Numbered from the stretch's first letter, positions 8,678 to 18,080 are shown. The stretch: DNA of 24,000 nucleotides from Candidatus Saccharimonadota bacterium (GCA_020428425.1 JAGQMX010000016.1:14793-38792); one strand, 5' to 3'. Numbers and translations are program-made. Notes: generated by a model from the sequence alone, not told the origin.

Positions 8678-9439
8678 ATGACAAATACAATCGCAATACT
8701 CAATCAGAAGGGGGGAGTTGGTAAAACAACAACAACCCTTAATTTGGCGGCTTATCTATCTAAGAGGGGCAGGTCCGTATTAATAGTTGATCTTGATCCT
8801 CAGGGTAATGCCACCAGTGGACTTGGTTTAGATAAAACTACGCTCGATGCGACTATTTATGATGTATTGTTTGGGAATGTAGCCACACATCAGGTTATAC
8901 AAGACACTAATTTAGATAATTTGAGTATCTTACCAGCAAATGCACAGTTAGCAGCTGCCGAAGTTGACCTAGCTGGTGAGCAGCATAGAGAATTTAGGTT
9001 AAAACAGGGCTTAGATGGCTTAGAATATGACTATATTTTGATAGATTGTCCTCCTTCGTTAGGACTACTAAGTGTTAATGCGCTGACTGCAGCTGAATAT
9101 GTATTAGTGCCGGTTCAGACAGAATACTACGCATTAGAAGGCCTAGGTCAGCTGCTAGAGATTATTCAAAGAGTTAATGCCGGATTAAATCCTGGATTGC
9201 AACTACTTGGAGTGGTAATGACCATGTACGATAGTCGCACAAGTTTATCCGATCAAGTAGTTTCTGAAATAAAAAAGCATTTCGGCTCGAAATTACTTGA
9301 TACAATAATACCTAGAAATGTACGGCTAGCTGAAGCACCCAGCTATGGAAAAACTATCGCCGAACATGATAAATGGTCAAAAGGGGCAAGAAGTTACAAA
9401 GCATTAGCGAAGGAGATTGAAGCACGTGTCAAAAAGTAA
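8678..9439 (+). CDS. parA: Chromosome partitioning ATPase ParA/Soj
   Basis: Deviant Walker A NQKGGVGKTTT, plus DLDPQGNAT and DCPPSLG motifs. Confidence 0.93.
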   Translation: MTNTIAILNQKGGVGKTTTTLNLAAYLSKRGRSVLIVDLDPQGNATSGLGLDKTTLDATIYDVLFGNVATHQVIQDTNLDNLSILPANAQLAAAEVDLAGEQHREFRLKQGLDGLEYDYILIDCPPSLGLLSVNALTAAEYVLVPVQTEYYALEGLGQLLEIIQRVNAGLNPGLQLLGVVMTMYDSRTSLSDQVVSEIKKHFGSKLLDTIIPRNVRLAEAPSYGKTIAEHDKWSKGARSYKALAKEIEARVKK

Positions 9440-10280
9440 ATTAGGTAGAGGGTTCGATTCATTATTCCCAACGGATTTTGATCAAACAATACTCGATAAC
9501 CGCGAAACAATCCAAGATATTAAGGTAGATCATCTTGAACCTAACCCCGAGCAACCCCGAAAGAACTTTGATCAAGCTGAAATAGAGGAGCTAGCTGACT
9601 CCATTAAACAGCATGGTTTGATCCAACCTATTGTAGTAACTCCCAATGGTGATAAGTACTATATTATTGCCGGTGAGCGGAGATGGAGAGCTTCCAAGCA
9701 TGCCGGGTTACCGTCTATATCTGCTATTGTGCGCACTGCTCAGCAGCTACAGCGTCTGGAGCTAGCTTTAGTTGAGAATGTGCAAAGAGTTAACTTGTCA
9801 CCACTTGAACAAGCAGCCTCTATTAAACATCTTAAAGATCAGTTCAATATGGACCACGATACGATTGCTAAAAAACTAGGTAAATCTAGTGTAACAGTGA
9901 TTAACATCCAAAGATTGTTGAGTTTACCGCCAGAAGTGGCTGAAGCATTAAATAAAAAGAAGATAACCGAAGGACATGCCAGAGCTATTCTTGGCATAAA
10001 AGACCCTAAGAAACAGATAGAACTAATGAAATTGATTATAAAAAACGATTGGTCTGTGCGGCAAACTGAACGCTACGTGGTAGCTCATAAACAGGGGGCA
10101 CAAGAGGCTAAAGTAGCTATTAAGAAATCCAGTGCGACATCCAAACAGACCGAAAAACTTACAAAGCTTCTAAAAACTCCGGTAAGTCTTAAGCGAATGG
10201 CCAAAGGTGGAAAGCTAGAGATAGCTTACAAGAACGATAAAGATCTAGACAGAATAACTAAGTTAATAGCTAACAAATAG
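9417..10280 (+). CDS. parB: Chromosome partitioning protein ParB/Spo0J
   Basis: LGRGFDSL, IQPIVV and the GERRWRA box are present, with an HTH region. It overlaps the parA stop. The start is uncertain: TTG 9417 (track) or GTG 9426, which lies 10 nt after AGGAG. Confidence 0.92.
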   Translation: MKHVSKSKLGRGFDSLFPTDFDQTILDNRETIQDIKVDHLEPNPEQPRKNFDQAEIEELADSIKQHGLIQPIVVTPNGDKYYIIAGERRWRASKHAGLPSISAIVRTAQQLQRLELALVENVQRVNLSPLEQAASIKHLKDQFNMDHDTIAKKLGKSSVTVINIQRLLSLPPEVAEALNKKKITEGHARAILGIKDPKKQIELMKLIIKNDWSVRQTERYVVAHKQGAQEAKVAIKKSSATSKQTEKLTKLLKTPVSLKRMAKGGKLEIAYKNDKDLDRITKLIANK

Positions 10281-10309
10281 CATTGAAATTTAAATAGACT
10301 GGACAGTAT

Positions 10310-11053
10310 TTAGAACGATTCGCTTTTACTAAAGGGGTAAACTCTAAGCGCTAGCTTTCCGACTAAGTCATCGAGTGGCACTGGGCCAAAGGCTCTAGAG
10401 TCTTGCGATTGAGGTCGATTATCTCCTAGTACAAATATAGAATTTTCAGGTACTTTTAGGTTGATGTCTCCCTCGGTGTTGGTTATAACCTTGCCGTAAT
10501 CTGCTTTGTCGGGCTCAAGTCCGTCGGGATTTTGTTCATTGAATACCTTCACTACATTGTTCTTAATTACTACCGTTTCACCTGGCAGGCCAATAACCCT
10601 TTTAATTAACTGTCTATCGCCTTGTGTGCCAAATTCGAAATTATCGTGTCTGGTGAAGATGACCACATCTCCTCGGTTAGGGACGTATGGATTACGAGAT
10701 ATTTTCGATAGGGTTTTCGGTAGCTTGTAGACGATTAGTCGGTCTTTATTCTGTAATGTCGTTTCCATACTAGGACCATCTACTTCATAGGATTGGAATA
10801 CAAAGGCAGTCAGAGCTAGTGCAATAATTGGAGCAATAACTAAGATTAATATTGTAGAAAGTAGGCTTTTAATACCGTTCTTTTTAACTTCGTCATCTGA
10901 TTCTTGCTTATTGCCATCATTATTCAATATCTCCCCAATTGGATCTACATCACTATCGGCAAGTCTGGGTTCTGGGACAGGGCCGTTTTGGGGCGCACTT
11001 CCTGGGGCAGGGGTTGGTTGAGTCTCATTCGGTCTATTAATATTAGGGTCCAT
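10310..11053 (-). CDS. lepB: Signal peptidase I with a long Pro/Asp-rich N-terminal tail
   Basis: GPSMETTL (catalytic Ser), KRVIGLPGE (Lys box) and GDNRPQSQDSRAFGPV are present. I prefer ATG at 11053 (MDPNINRP...). The 12-codon upstream extension in the track starts at GTG 11089. Confidence 0.9.
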   Translation of the reverse strand: MDPNINRPNETQPTPAPGSAPQNGPVPEPRLADSDVDPIGEILNNDGNKQESDDEVKKNGIKSLLSTILILVIAPIIALALTAFVFQSYEVDGPSMETTLQNKDRLIVYKLPKTLSKISRNPYVPNRGDVVIFTRHDNFEFGTQGDRQLIKRVIGLPGETVVIKNNVVKVFNEQNPDGLEPDKADYGKVITNTEGDINLKVPENSIFVLGDNRPQSQDSRAFGPVPLDDLVGKLALRVYPFSKSESF

Positions 11054-11152
11054 CGGAAATACTATACTAAATATATACACATAACGCACATGTTAATTTA
11101 ATAATAATCCATGCTAAAACGATTAAGTAGTTTGCTATAATAGGTGGAAGAT

Positions 11153-11908
11153 ATGAGACAAGCATTTGCCAAAATTAAGCCGAAAAGTGGATATTCACAT
11201 TTTGTTCATATTGCCTTAACTTTGTTGTTGCCGGCACTGTTATTTGTGATAGTTCGTTTAGGTTTCTACCAGCTAGAATTAGGGTTGGCGTTAATTCTTC
11301 TAAGTAAGTGGCGAATTTTTGCTGTTAAACCTAGGCACTGGCCAGCAAACCTCAGGGTAAACGCTGTAGATATTATTGTTGGGCTATCGTCACTGGTGTT
11401 CATGGTACAATCTAGCTCCCAACTAGTACAGCTGTTCTGGGCAGTTATCTACGGAATATGGCTGCTATATATTAAGCCAATGTCAAATGTCCAAGGTAGC
11501 TCGATACAGTCATTAGTAGGTATGTCATTTGGCTTTGTAGCGCTATTTGCAGCCCTAGGGGGCTCATCATTGTATATTCTAGTGATCTTGTCCTGGATAC
11601 TGGCCTACATGACTTCTAGACACTTCTTAATATCTTTTGAGGAGCCACTAATTAAGTATTTGTCATATACTTGGGCTTATTTCTGTGCCGCATTGGTTTG
11701 GGTCCTAGGGCACTGGTTACTATTTTATGGGCCGATTGCTCAGCCTGCTTTGTTAATATCGGTACTAGGGTTCGGCTTTAGCGGCATATATTATCTTCAC
11801 AAATCCGATAAAAGCTCTGTTATACTAAGAAGACAAATAATATTTGTAGTATTTGCGATATTAGTAATTATTATTACCTTTTCTGACTGGGGTGATAAGG
11901 CAATATAG
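11153..11908 (+). CDS. Polytopic integral membrane protein, function unknown
   Basis: About 7-8 hydrophobic segments and no recognisable catalytic motif. ATG 11153 is preceded by GGTGGA. The track start GTG 11144 falls inside a TGcTATAAT extended -10 (11133-11141). Confidence 0.7.
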   Translation: MRQAFAKIKPKSGYSHFVHIALTLLLPALLFVIVRLGFYQLELGLALILLSKWRIFAVKPRHWPANLRVNAVDIIVGLSSLVFMVQSSSQLVQLFWAVIYGIWLLYIKPMSNVQGSSIQSLVGMSFGFVALFAALGGSSLYILVILSWILAYMTSRHFLISFEEPLIKYLSYTWAYFCAALVWVLGHWLLFYGPIAQPALLISVLGFGFSGIYYLHKSDKSSVILRRQIIFVVFAILVIIITFSDWGDKAI

Positions 11909-11954
11909 GTATCTTAATTAGGCGTTGCTCTAGTGCAGCGTAGAGGGAGGGATA

Positions 11955-13199
11955 GTGAGTCAAGACGATTTAAAAAACACGCACAGTGAAGTTAAAAAAC
12001 TAGGAAATAATTCGAATATGGGGTCGGTGAATACTGGGCCCAAAGAATCGAAGAAAGCGAATAAAAGCCAATATAAAACCATACTAATGATTTTCATCAG
12101 TATTTTAGCTGGATTCTTTGGTGGTTGGGTAGGGGGACAGAATAAGCAGCTCAATTTAGATACAAAAAATAGCACTCAACAACAGATCATAGCTAGTGAA
12201 AGTCAGTTGATTAACCAGATTGCAAAAGACGTTGGTCCCAGTGTTGTGTCGGTTAATGTGTCTAGTACAGCGCGGAGTACCAACCCATTTGGTGGTGTCG
12301 GCGAAGTTCAGCAGGAATCAGCAGGAACCGGTGTAATTATCAGTAAAGAAGGTGTAATTATCACTAACCGGCACGTTATACCAGCAACAACCGAGAAAGT
12401 AAGCGTAACTCTTTCAGATGGCACAACATTTGAAGATGTAAAAGTAATTGGACGCACAAATGATAATGATTCATTAGATATTGCCTTCCTTAAGATTAAT
12501 GATAGTAAAGGCAAGAAATTACCTCCAGCAACAATTGCTGATTCTAGTAAAGTTCAAGTAGGAGATAAAGTAGTTGCTATCGGGAATGCTCTTGGTCAAT
12601 TCCAGAATACTGTCACCAGTGGAATTATTTCTGGGTATGGACGAGATGTACAGGCTTCCGATGGTAGTGGTGCTGGGGTAGAGACATTACAGAATTTGTT
12701 CCAAACTGACACAGCAATTAACCAGGGTAACTCTGGTGGCCCACTAGTAAACACCAATGGTGAGGTTATTGCGATAAACACGGCGGTGGCTGGGAACGCA
12801 GAAAATATAGGCTTTGCCATACCAACCAATGACATAGCAGGCCTAATTGACAGTGTTCTGACTAAAGGTGAGTTGTTAAGACCATATTTGGGAGTTAGAT
12901 ACATTAGTCTAACTGATGATGTAGCAGTACAGTATGATCTTGATGTTAAGCGGGGAGCTTATCTAGCGCCAGCTGATCCTGGTACAGAAACAATTATTTC
13001 TGATAGCCCAGCTGATAAAGCGGGTCTAAGAGAAGGGGACATTATCGTAAAAGTTGACGATACTTCGATCGATGAAAAGAATAGTTTAACCTCTGTCTTA
13101 GGTAGGAAATCGGTAGAGGATAAAGTTACCTTGACTGTGATTCGTGATGGAAAAGAGATTACGCTTGATGCCACTCTGGAAGCGACACCGAAAAATTAA
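11955..13199 (+). CDS. htrA: Membrane-anchored HtrA/DegP-family serine protease with a C-terminal PDZ domain
   Basis: Catalytic triad contexts TNRHV, DIAFLK and GNSGGPL. An N-terminal TM segment is present, and the C-terminal PDZ-like part contains GLREGDIIVKVD. GTG start preceded by GGGAGGG. Confidence 0.9.
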   Translation: MSQDDLKNTHSEVKKLGNNSNMGSVNTGPKESKKANKSQYKTILMIFISILAGFFGGWVGGQNKQLNLDTKNSTQQQIIASESQLINQIAKDVGPSVVSVNVSSTARSTNPFGGVGEVQQESAGTGVIISKEGVIITNRHVIPATTEKVSVTLSDGTTFEDVKVIGRTNDNDSLDIAFLKINDSKGKKLPPATIADSSKVQVGDKVVAIGNALGQFQNTVTSGIISGYGRDVQASDGSGAGVETLQNLFQTDTAINQGNSGGPLVNTNGEVIAINTAVAGNAENIGFAIPTNDIAGLIDSVLTKGELLRPYLGVRYISLTDDVAVQYDLDVKRGAYLAPADPGTETIISDSPADKAGLREGDIIVKVDDTSIDEKNSLTSVLGRKSVEDKVTLTVIRDGKEITLDATLEATPKN

Positions 13200-13209
13200 G
13201 CAGTGATTA

Positions 13210-14061
13210 CTACATAGTTAGCTGGAATGCTTGGATGAGATTAGTGGTTTGGCGTAGTTTAAGCCCAAATCTTGAGCAATAATCAGCTATTTCTTGGTGC
13301 TGATGACTGTGTGACTCTATAATTAGCCAACCTGAGTTAGCAAGAATATTCTTTGCATAGATCTGATCAATCAGCTTCAAAATTAAGTCTAGTCCATCTT
13401 GTTCAGCAAAAATTGCTGTTGACGGCTCGAGTTTTAGCTCTGGCTCAGTCGGTATTCGTTTACTTACGTAGGGAAGATTGGCGACAATAACATCAAACTG
13501 ACCGTCAACGTTTTTTAGTAGATCCGATTGAATAAAATCGATCTTTGCATTGTTGAGTTTTGCGTTTATTTTTGCAGTTTGTAGAGCTTTTGAGCTAATA
13601 TCGGTAGCACTAACTCGTAACAGTTTATTTCTAGATGCGATAGTTATTGCAATATTACCAGAACCCGTTCCTACATCTAAGATAGTTGCATCTGGAGCAA
13701 GTTTTATGTTCTCAATAATATCTATAATATCTTCAGTTTCAGGCCGTGGTATTAATACATCCGGATTTACCTGGAAATTAATGCCGTAAAATTCTTTGAA
13801 ACCTCTAATATATGCCAGAGGCTCGCGGTTAAATCTTCTGTCTAGCATTTTACCTAGCTGTACTTGCTGGTCTTTGGTGAGTTCAGTATTTAAATTTGCT
13901 AATAGATGGGATTTATTTTTCTTGGTTACATCTTCCATCATTACTAAGCAATCTAGCCGGGGGTTACGAATACCGTTAATAGCTAGCTTGTCTATCGATT
14001 GAGTTAACCAATACCCGATAGTTATTCTTTGATGAACACTTTTAATGTTTTTAGCTGGCAT
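13210..14061 (-). CDS. prmC: Release-factor glutamine N5-methyltransferase PrmC/HemK
   Basis: SAM-binding [10 protein letters not shown]. The catalytic motif reads NLPY, a variant of NPPY. The start is taken as ATG 14061 (MPAKNIK...), which overlaps the prfA stop by 11 nt. The 50-codon upstream extension in the track lies inside prfA. Confidence 0.9.
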   Translation of the reverse strand: MPAKNIKSVHQRITIGYWLTQSIDKLAINGIRNPRLDCLVMMEDVTKKNKSHLLANLNTELTKDQQVQLGKMLDRRFNREPLAYIRGFKEFYGINFQVNPDVLIPRPETEDIIDIIENIKLAPDATILDVGTGSGNIAITIASRNKLLRVSATDISSKALQTAKINAKLNNAKIDFIQSDLLKNVDGQFDVIVANLPYVSKRIPTEPELKLEPSTAIFAEQDGLDLILKLIDQIYAKNILANSGWLIIESHSHQHQEIADYCSRFGLKLRQTTNLIQAFQLTM

Positions 14062-15109
14062 CGTTGAGTAATTTTTGTTCGTATAGCTGAAGATTTTCGT
14101 ATAAATCGTCGATTTCACCGTTAAGTGCAGCAGGAATATTACTTCTGCTATATCCGATGCGGTGGTCTGTAATCCGATCTTGAGGGAAATTGTAGGTTCG
14201 GATCTTTTCACTTCGGTCCCCGGATCCGATTAAGGCTTTTCTGGAGTCGCTAAGTTTCTTTTGTTCATCCTCGATCTTTTGCTGCAATAGTCTTGATCGG
14301 AGCACCCCCATTGCTTTATCTTTGTTTTTTATTTGAGACTTTTCATCTTGGCAGGTCACGACAAGGCCACTAGGTAAGTGAGTAATTCGAACGGCTGAGT
14401 CAGTTGTGTTTACACTTTGGCCACCATGTCCGCTGGCACGATATACATCAATCTTCAGATCTCCAGGGTTAATTTCTACATCCGTTTCTTCGGCTTCTGG
14501 CAATATACTAACAGTAACCGTACTAGTGTGGATACGACCTTGAGATTCGGTCGATGGTATCCGTTGTACGCGGTGCACGCCAGCTTCAAATTTAAGGGTC
14601 TTATAGGCATCAGAACCGCTTACTGAAAATATTACTTCTTTATAGCCACCGACTTCATTTAAGCTTTCACTAATCATTTCTACCTTAAACCCTTTAGTCT
14701 CAGACCATCTGGTATACATTCTAAATAGATCACCAGCAAAAAGGCTGGCTTCATCACCGCCTGCCGCCGATCTTATTTCAACGATAGCATTACGATCGTC
14801 ATTTGGATCAGTAGGAATAAGTAGCAACTTTAAATCTTGTTGGTTGTTAGCTAGTTGCTCACTAAGTTCAGCTTGTTCAACTTTGGCCATTTCAGCTAGT
14901 TCAGCATTGGAGTCTTGAGTAAGTAACTCGGAATCAGTGATTTTCTGCTTTATTTCGTTTATTTGATCAAAAAGAGTGGTAATTTTTTCTAGTTCACTAA
15001 GCCTTTTAGCTAATTTGGGATATTCTCTAGAGCTGAAAATACTCGGGTCCTTGAGCCTTTCTCGAAGCTGGTCTAATTCCTCTCGGATTGGTTTTTCTTG
15101 ATTTTCCAT
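14051..15109 (-). CDS. prfA: Peptide chain release factor 1
   Basis: GGQ motif ([23 protein letters not shown]) and an RF1-type PxT tripeptide ([14 protein letters not shown]). Confidence 0.96.
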   Translation of the reverse strand: MENQEKPIREELDQLRERLKDPSIFSSREYPKLAKRLSELEKITTLFDQINEIKQKITDSELLTQDSNAELAEMAKVEQAELSEQLANNQQDLKLLLIPTDPNDDRNAIVEIRSAAGGDEASLFAGDLFRMYTRWSETKGFKVEMISESLNEVGGYKEVIFSVSGSDAYKTLKFEAGVHRVQRIPSTESQGRIHTSTVTVSILPEAEETDVEINPGDLKIDVYRASGHGGQSVNTTDSAVRITHLPSGLVVTCQDEKSQIKNKDKAMGVLRSRLLQQKIEDEQKKLSDSRKALIGSGDRSEKIRTYNFPQDRITDHRIGYSRSNIPAALNGEIDDLYENLQLYEQKLLNDAS

Positions 15110-15168
15110 AACAATATTTAATCACACTAGGTACTATTAACTACCCATGTGTAACCTATTCTAACTAC

Positions 15169-15519
15169 TTATTTTGATTTAGCGACCGGCTTTTTTGGCT
15201 TATCTACTGTATCTGCGTTTTTTCTAACTCTAGTTTTACTGGCTTTTTTCATTACAGCTTCTTTTCGCTTAGCTGCAGCTTCCTGGCGGGCCTTGAATCG
15301 GTCAACACGACCTTCGATGTCTATCATCTTCTCTTGTCCAGTAAAGAAGGGGTGTGATGCACTACTAATATGGACGGTAACTAGGGGGTATTCATTCCCG
15401 TCAGTGTATTTAATAGTTTCTTTAGTCGCAACGGTAGAGCGGGTTAGGAATAACTCGCCATTGTTTAAATCTTTAAAAACTACTAACCGGTAGTTATCTG
15501 GGTGTAAATCTTTTTTCAT
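15169..15519 (-). CDS. rpmE: 50S ribosomal protein L31, Cys-less type B, with a Lys-rich C-terminal extension
   Basis: [10 protein letters not shown]...[10 protein letters not shown] is present and there is no CxxC. The start is taken as ATG 15519; the track's GTG 15540 overlaps a TATAAT box. Confidence 0.92.
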   Translation of the reverse strand: MKKDLHPDNYRLVVFKDLNNGELFLTRSTVATKETIKYTDGNEYPLVTVHISSASHPFFTGQEKMIDIEGRVDRFKARQEAAAKRKEAVMKKASKTRVRKNADTVDKPKKPVAKSK

Positions 15520-15587
15520 AATCAATGCTGAATTATACACATCTGTTGCTATCTGGTCAACAGTGAAGGAAAAGACTGGAATTTAAA

Positions 15588-15616
15588 TTGACATATAGCC
15601 ATAAGTATGATAAATT
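15588..15616 (+). promoter_or_regulatory. Candidate promoter for the 274-aa ORF
   Basis: TTGACA (15588-15593), a 17-nt spacer ending in TGa, then TAAATT (15611-15616). Confidence 0.3.
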
Positions 15617-15676
15617 ATTAACCAGATATTTTAAACAATAAATATGAAAATGTAACAGAAAAATATTGGCATAAAA

Positions 15677-16501
15677 ATGGTTGTACACCCAACATCCCGA
15701 ATCGAACAGGAAAATAGACCAGAAGTCTCTATTCCAAATTTGTCGGATCATTTCCCAAATCCTGTTGCAGTTGCTGAACATATAACTAACCAAGCTGTTG
15801 GAGTAGCAAATGAACTATTAGATGCTGATGATGTTCATTCGTCTGGTGATCGTCGTTACGCAACTCGAGCTGTGCGAAGTAAGCTTGGTAAGGGTATTAT
15901 GAATGTCACTGAAACACTGGTCAGTGGACCTCAAATAGATCATGATGAGCAGACTGAAGATATCGTCGATTTAACATCTAGTCGATTGAACAACCACAGG
16001 AATGGGCCTGGGGGATTCAGCCCAGCATTGACAGGATATAGAGTAGTCACCGTAAATTCCGGGCTAAAATCGAAACAACCCCTAAGTATTGTTAAAGATG
16101 TCAAATCCACCAAGAAACCAAAGTTAGTTTATGAACAATCGATGTCTATATCGACCCCAGAAACTGGTAGTCCTATATACTCAGCACCTGGAAATGTAGA
16201 AGTTCCAAGTCCTACAGAAATTGTTAATCCGACAATTCTAACTGAACAGAGCATTGAAAATGGCGAAGTAAAAACAAATTCTGTGCGGGTAGGAAAGACC
16301 GCTATGGGCTCAGTTGCTGTTGAGGTAGTGAAACGAACAGCTAAAGAAGATTCATCTGAAGTAGAGATGGAAGTGCACAGGAGTTCGTCTGCCTATAACA
16401 GTACTGATAAACGGCTGATTGAGGATGCTCAGAAAGCAGAGAAGATGGCGCTGGAGATTGTCGGTAGAGTAATAGATGCTCAACCGAAGCCTAAGAAATA
16501 G
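15677..16501 (+). CDS. Hypothetical protein with no recognisable domain, probably largely disordered
   Basis: An 825-nt ORF in AT-rich DNA is unlikely to arise by chance. There is no TM segment, signal peptide or Cys motif. The middle is rich in S/T/P/E/K and the C-terminal segment is helical-looking. No Shine-Dalgarno sequence precedes the ATG. Confidence 0.65.
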   Translation: MVVHPTSRIEQENRPEVSIPNLSDHFPNPVAVAEHITNQAVGVANELLDADDVHSSGDRRYATRAVRSKLGKGIMNVTETLVSGPQIDHDEQTEDIVDLTSSRLNNHRNGPGGFSPALTGYRVVTVNSGLKSKQPLSIVKDVKSTKKPKLVYEQSMSISTPETGSPIYSAPGNVEVPSPTEIVNPTILTEQSIENGEVKTNSVRVGKTAMGSVAVEVVKRTAKEDSSEVEMEVHRSSSAYNSTDKRLIEDAQKAEKMALEIVGRVIDAQPKPKK

Positions 16502-16570
16502 ATATAGTTCAGTGAATTATGTTGAATAATTTAGTATAAAACGTACTAAAAAAGTAACAGAATATAGATG

Positions 16571-16599
16571 TTGCTTCAGGGGTAATCATCTGTTATAAT
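16571..16599 (+). promoter_or_regulatory. Promoter of the rpsB-tsf operon
   Basis: TTGCTT (16571-16576), an exact 17-nt spacer, then consensus TATAAT (16594-16599), about 105 nt upstream of the rpsB ATG. Confidence 0.5.
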
Positions 16600-16704
16600 T
16601 ATTCACATTGTTAAATTAAACAGGTGAGTACAAAAATCCTCCTTGGTTGATCTATGTAGGACAACTGAAGGTAGAGTACTTTCCGGTGAGAAAGGATTTA
16701 TATC

Positions 16705-17433
16705 ATGGCTACTGAAGTAGACATTAAACAACTATTGCAAGCGGGAGCCCATTTTGGACATAAAACTAGTCGTTGGCACCCAAAAATGGCACCATACATT
16801 CACAGTAAACGTGAAGGTACCCACATTATTGACCTAACCAAGACAGTAGAATGTCTTGATGAGGCACTAGCTTTTATAACCAAAACTGTCGGTGAAGGAA
16901 AGCAGATATTGCTTGTTGGAACAAAAAAACAAGCTAAAGATATAGTTAAAAAGGCTGCTGTTGAAACAGGCATGCCATATGTAACAGAACGATGGCTTGG
17001 TGGAATGCTAACCAATAAAAAGACTATTGGGGAACGTATTAAGCACCTTAAAGACCTAGAAAGTCGAATGGAAAGTGGCCAGCTAGAGTCTAAGTACAAC
17101 AAGCTTGAGGTCCAGCGATTTCAAGAAGAAATTGATCAGATGAATACTCTATATGATGGAGTTAAAGACATGTCAGCAAAACCAGGCGCGGTCTTCGTTG
17201 TAGATATAAATAACGAGATGAATGCCCTAAAAGAGGCTCAAAAACTCGGTTACAATACTATAGCGATCGCAGATACTAATACAGATCCAAGTGATATAGA
17301 TTACGTTATCCCAGCCAATGATGACGCTATAAAGACTATCCAGCTAATAGTAGATTACATTCAAGCAGCAATTGAAGAAGGCAAGGCAAAACAAAAAGCA
17401 CCAAAAGAGGCAAGCGACAAGGAGGAGAAATAA
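16705..17433 (+). CDS. rpsB: 30S ribosomal protein S2
   Basis: LLQAGAHFGHKTSRWHPKM, ERWLGGMLTN and FVVD...A..EA.KLG are present. Confidence 0.97.
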   Translation: MATEVDIKQLLQAGAHFGHKTSRWHPKMAPYIHSKREGTHIIDLTKTVECLDEALAFITKTVGEGKQILLVGTKKQAKDIVKKAAVETGMPYVTERWLGGMLTNKKTIGERIKHLKDLESRMESGQLESKYNKLEVQRFQEEIDQMNTLYDGVKDMSAKPGAVFVVDINNEMNALKEAQKLGYNTIAIADTNTDPSDIDYVIPANDDAIKTIQLIVDYIQAAIEEGKAKQKAPKEASDKEEK

Positions 17434-18029
17434 TGAAAGTTAGTATTGAAGACGTAAAACGACTAAAGAATTTAACAGGCGTAGGCTTAACTGACGCTAA
17501 AAAAGCCCTTGAAGAGGCAGATGGTAATTTCGATAATGCCCTAGAAGCTATGCGCAAAAAAGGTCTTACTAAAGCTGAAAAGCGTGGTGAGCGTGAAGCT
17601 CGAGCCGGAATGGTAGGGACCTATAATCATGATGGTAGAATCGGTGTATTGGTAGAAGTAAACTGTGAAACTGACTTTGTGGCACGAACTGATGGTTTTG
17701 CAGATTTAGTTAAAGATATTGCCATGCATATTGCTGCTTCATCTCCAGAATTCTTGAGTGTAGATGATATCCCAGAAGATGTAACAGCAGCCAAGAAAGC
17801 AGAATTCAGTGAAAAAGCTAAAGCCGAAGGTAAGCCAGAAAAAATGCTTGGTAACATCGTTGATGGCATGCTAAAGAAACATTTCGCCGAGCGCTGTTTA
17901 CTAAGTCAGCCTTTTATTAAAAATCCCGACCAAACGGTTGGTGATCTAGTAAAAGAAGGCAATGCTAAAATGGGTGAAAACGTGGTGGTCCGTAGGTTTA
18001 GTCGGATTGCCCTAGGTGAAGTTGCTTAA
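17433..18029 (+). CDS. tsf: Elongation factor Ts, short form
   Basis: VKRLKNLTGVGLTDAKKALEEADGNFDNALEAMRKKG (UBA-like N-terminus) and LVEVNCETDFVA are present. The start overlaps the rpsB stop (TAATG). Confidence 0.95.
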   Translation: MKVSIEDVKRLKNLTGVGLTDAKKALEEADGNFDNALEAMRKKGLTKAEKRGEREARAGMVGTYNHDGRIGVLVEVNCETDFVARTDGFADLVKDIAMHIAASSPEFLSVDDIPEDVTAAKKAEFSEKAKAEGKPEKMLGNIVDGMLKKHFAERCLLSQPFIKNPDQTVGDLVKEGNAKMGENVVVRRFSRIALGEVA

Positions 18030-18080
18030 CGGCTAAATCTGTTAGTTATTTCCCAAGAAGCTTACTTATTTGCTATAAAT

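Noticed and set aside
9417-9434. CACGTG core (9423-9428) as a possible parS site at the parA/parB junction
   Set aside because: The flanks (GAAG...TCAA) are not palindromic and do not match TGTTTCACGTGAAACA. I found no full parS-like 16-mer anywhere in the window by eye.
8588-11143. Replication origin or DnaA-box cluster near parAB
   Set aside because: I found no TTATCCACA-like box clusters or AT-rich unwinding element in the short intergenic regions. dnaA and dnaN are not present in the window.
12308-14002. Antisense ORFs inside htrA (12308-12514, 12596-12904, 12959-13174) and prmC (13550-13789, 13796-14002). Similar ORFs occur at 1460-1675, 7622-7855, 10506-10730, 10904-11101, 11960-12175, 14417-14626, 15293-15493, 16800-17102, 17336-17557, 17627-17869, 18490-18768 and 19305-19505.
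   Set aside because: All overlap well-supported genes on the opposite strand or in another frame, and none has an identifiable motif.
14062-14211. A 50-codon N-terminal extension of prmC in the track, and similar extensions of lepB (11054-11089), rpmE (15520-15540), frr (18094-18111) and nrdJ (1939-1953)
   Set aside because: The extensions overlap the upstream gene or promoter elements, start at GTG, and add non-homologous residues. The internal ATG starts match homologue N-termini and RBS positions.
15543-15563. Inverted repeat CTGTTG-N9-CAACAG upstream of rpmE as a Zur-type operator for the Cys-less L31
   Set aside because: It has no resemblance to known Zur boxes, and a 6-bp arm is easily found by chance.
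15557-15793. 78-aa minus-strand ORF in the rpmE / 274-aa ORF divergent region
   Set aside because: It spans an AT-rich promoter region and overlaps the start of the plus-strand ORF. Its composition (rich in F, Y, L, N, I and W) reflects AT-rich translation, not a real protein.
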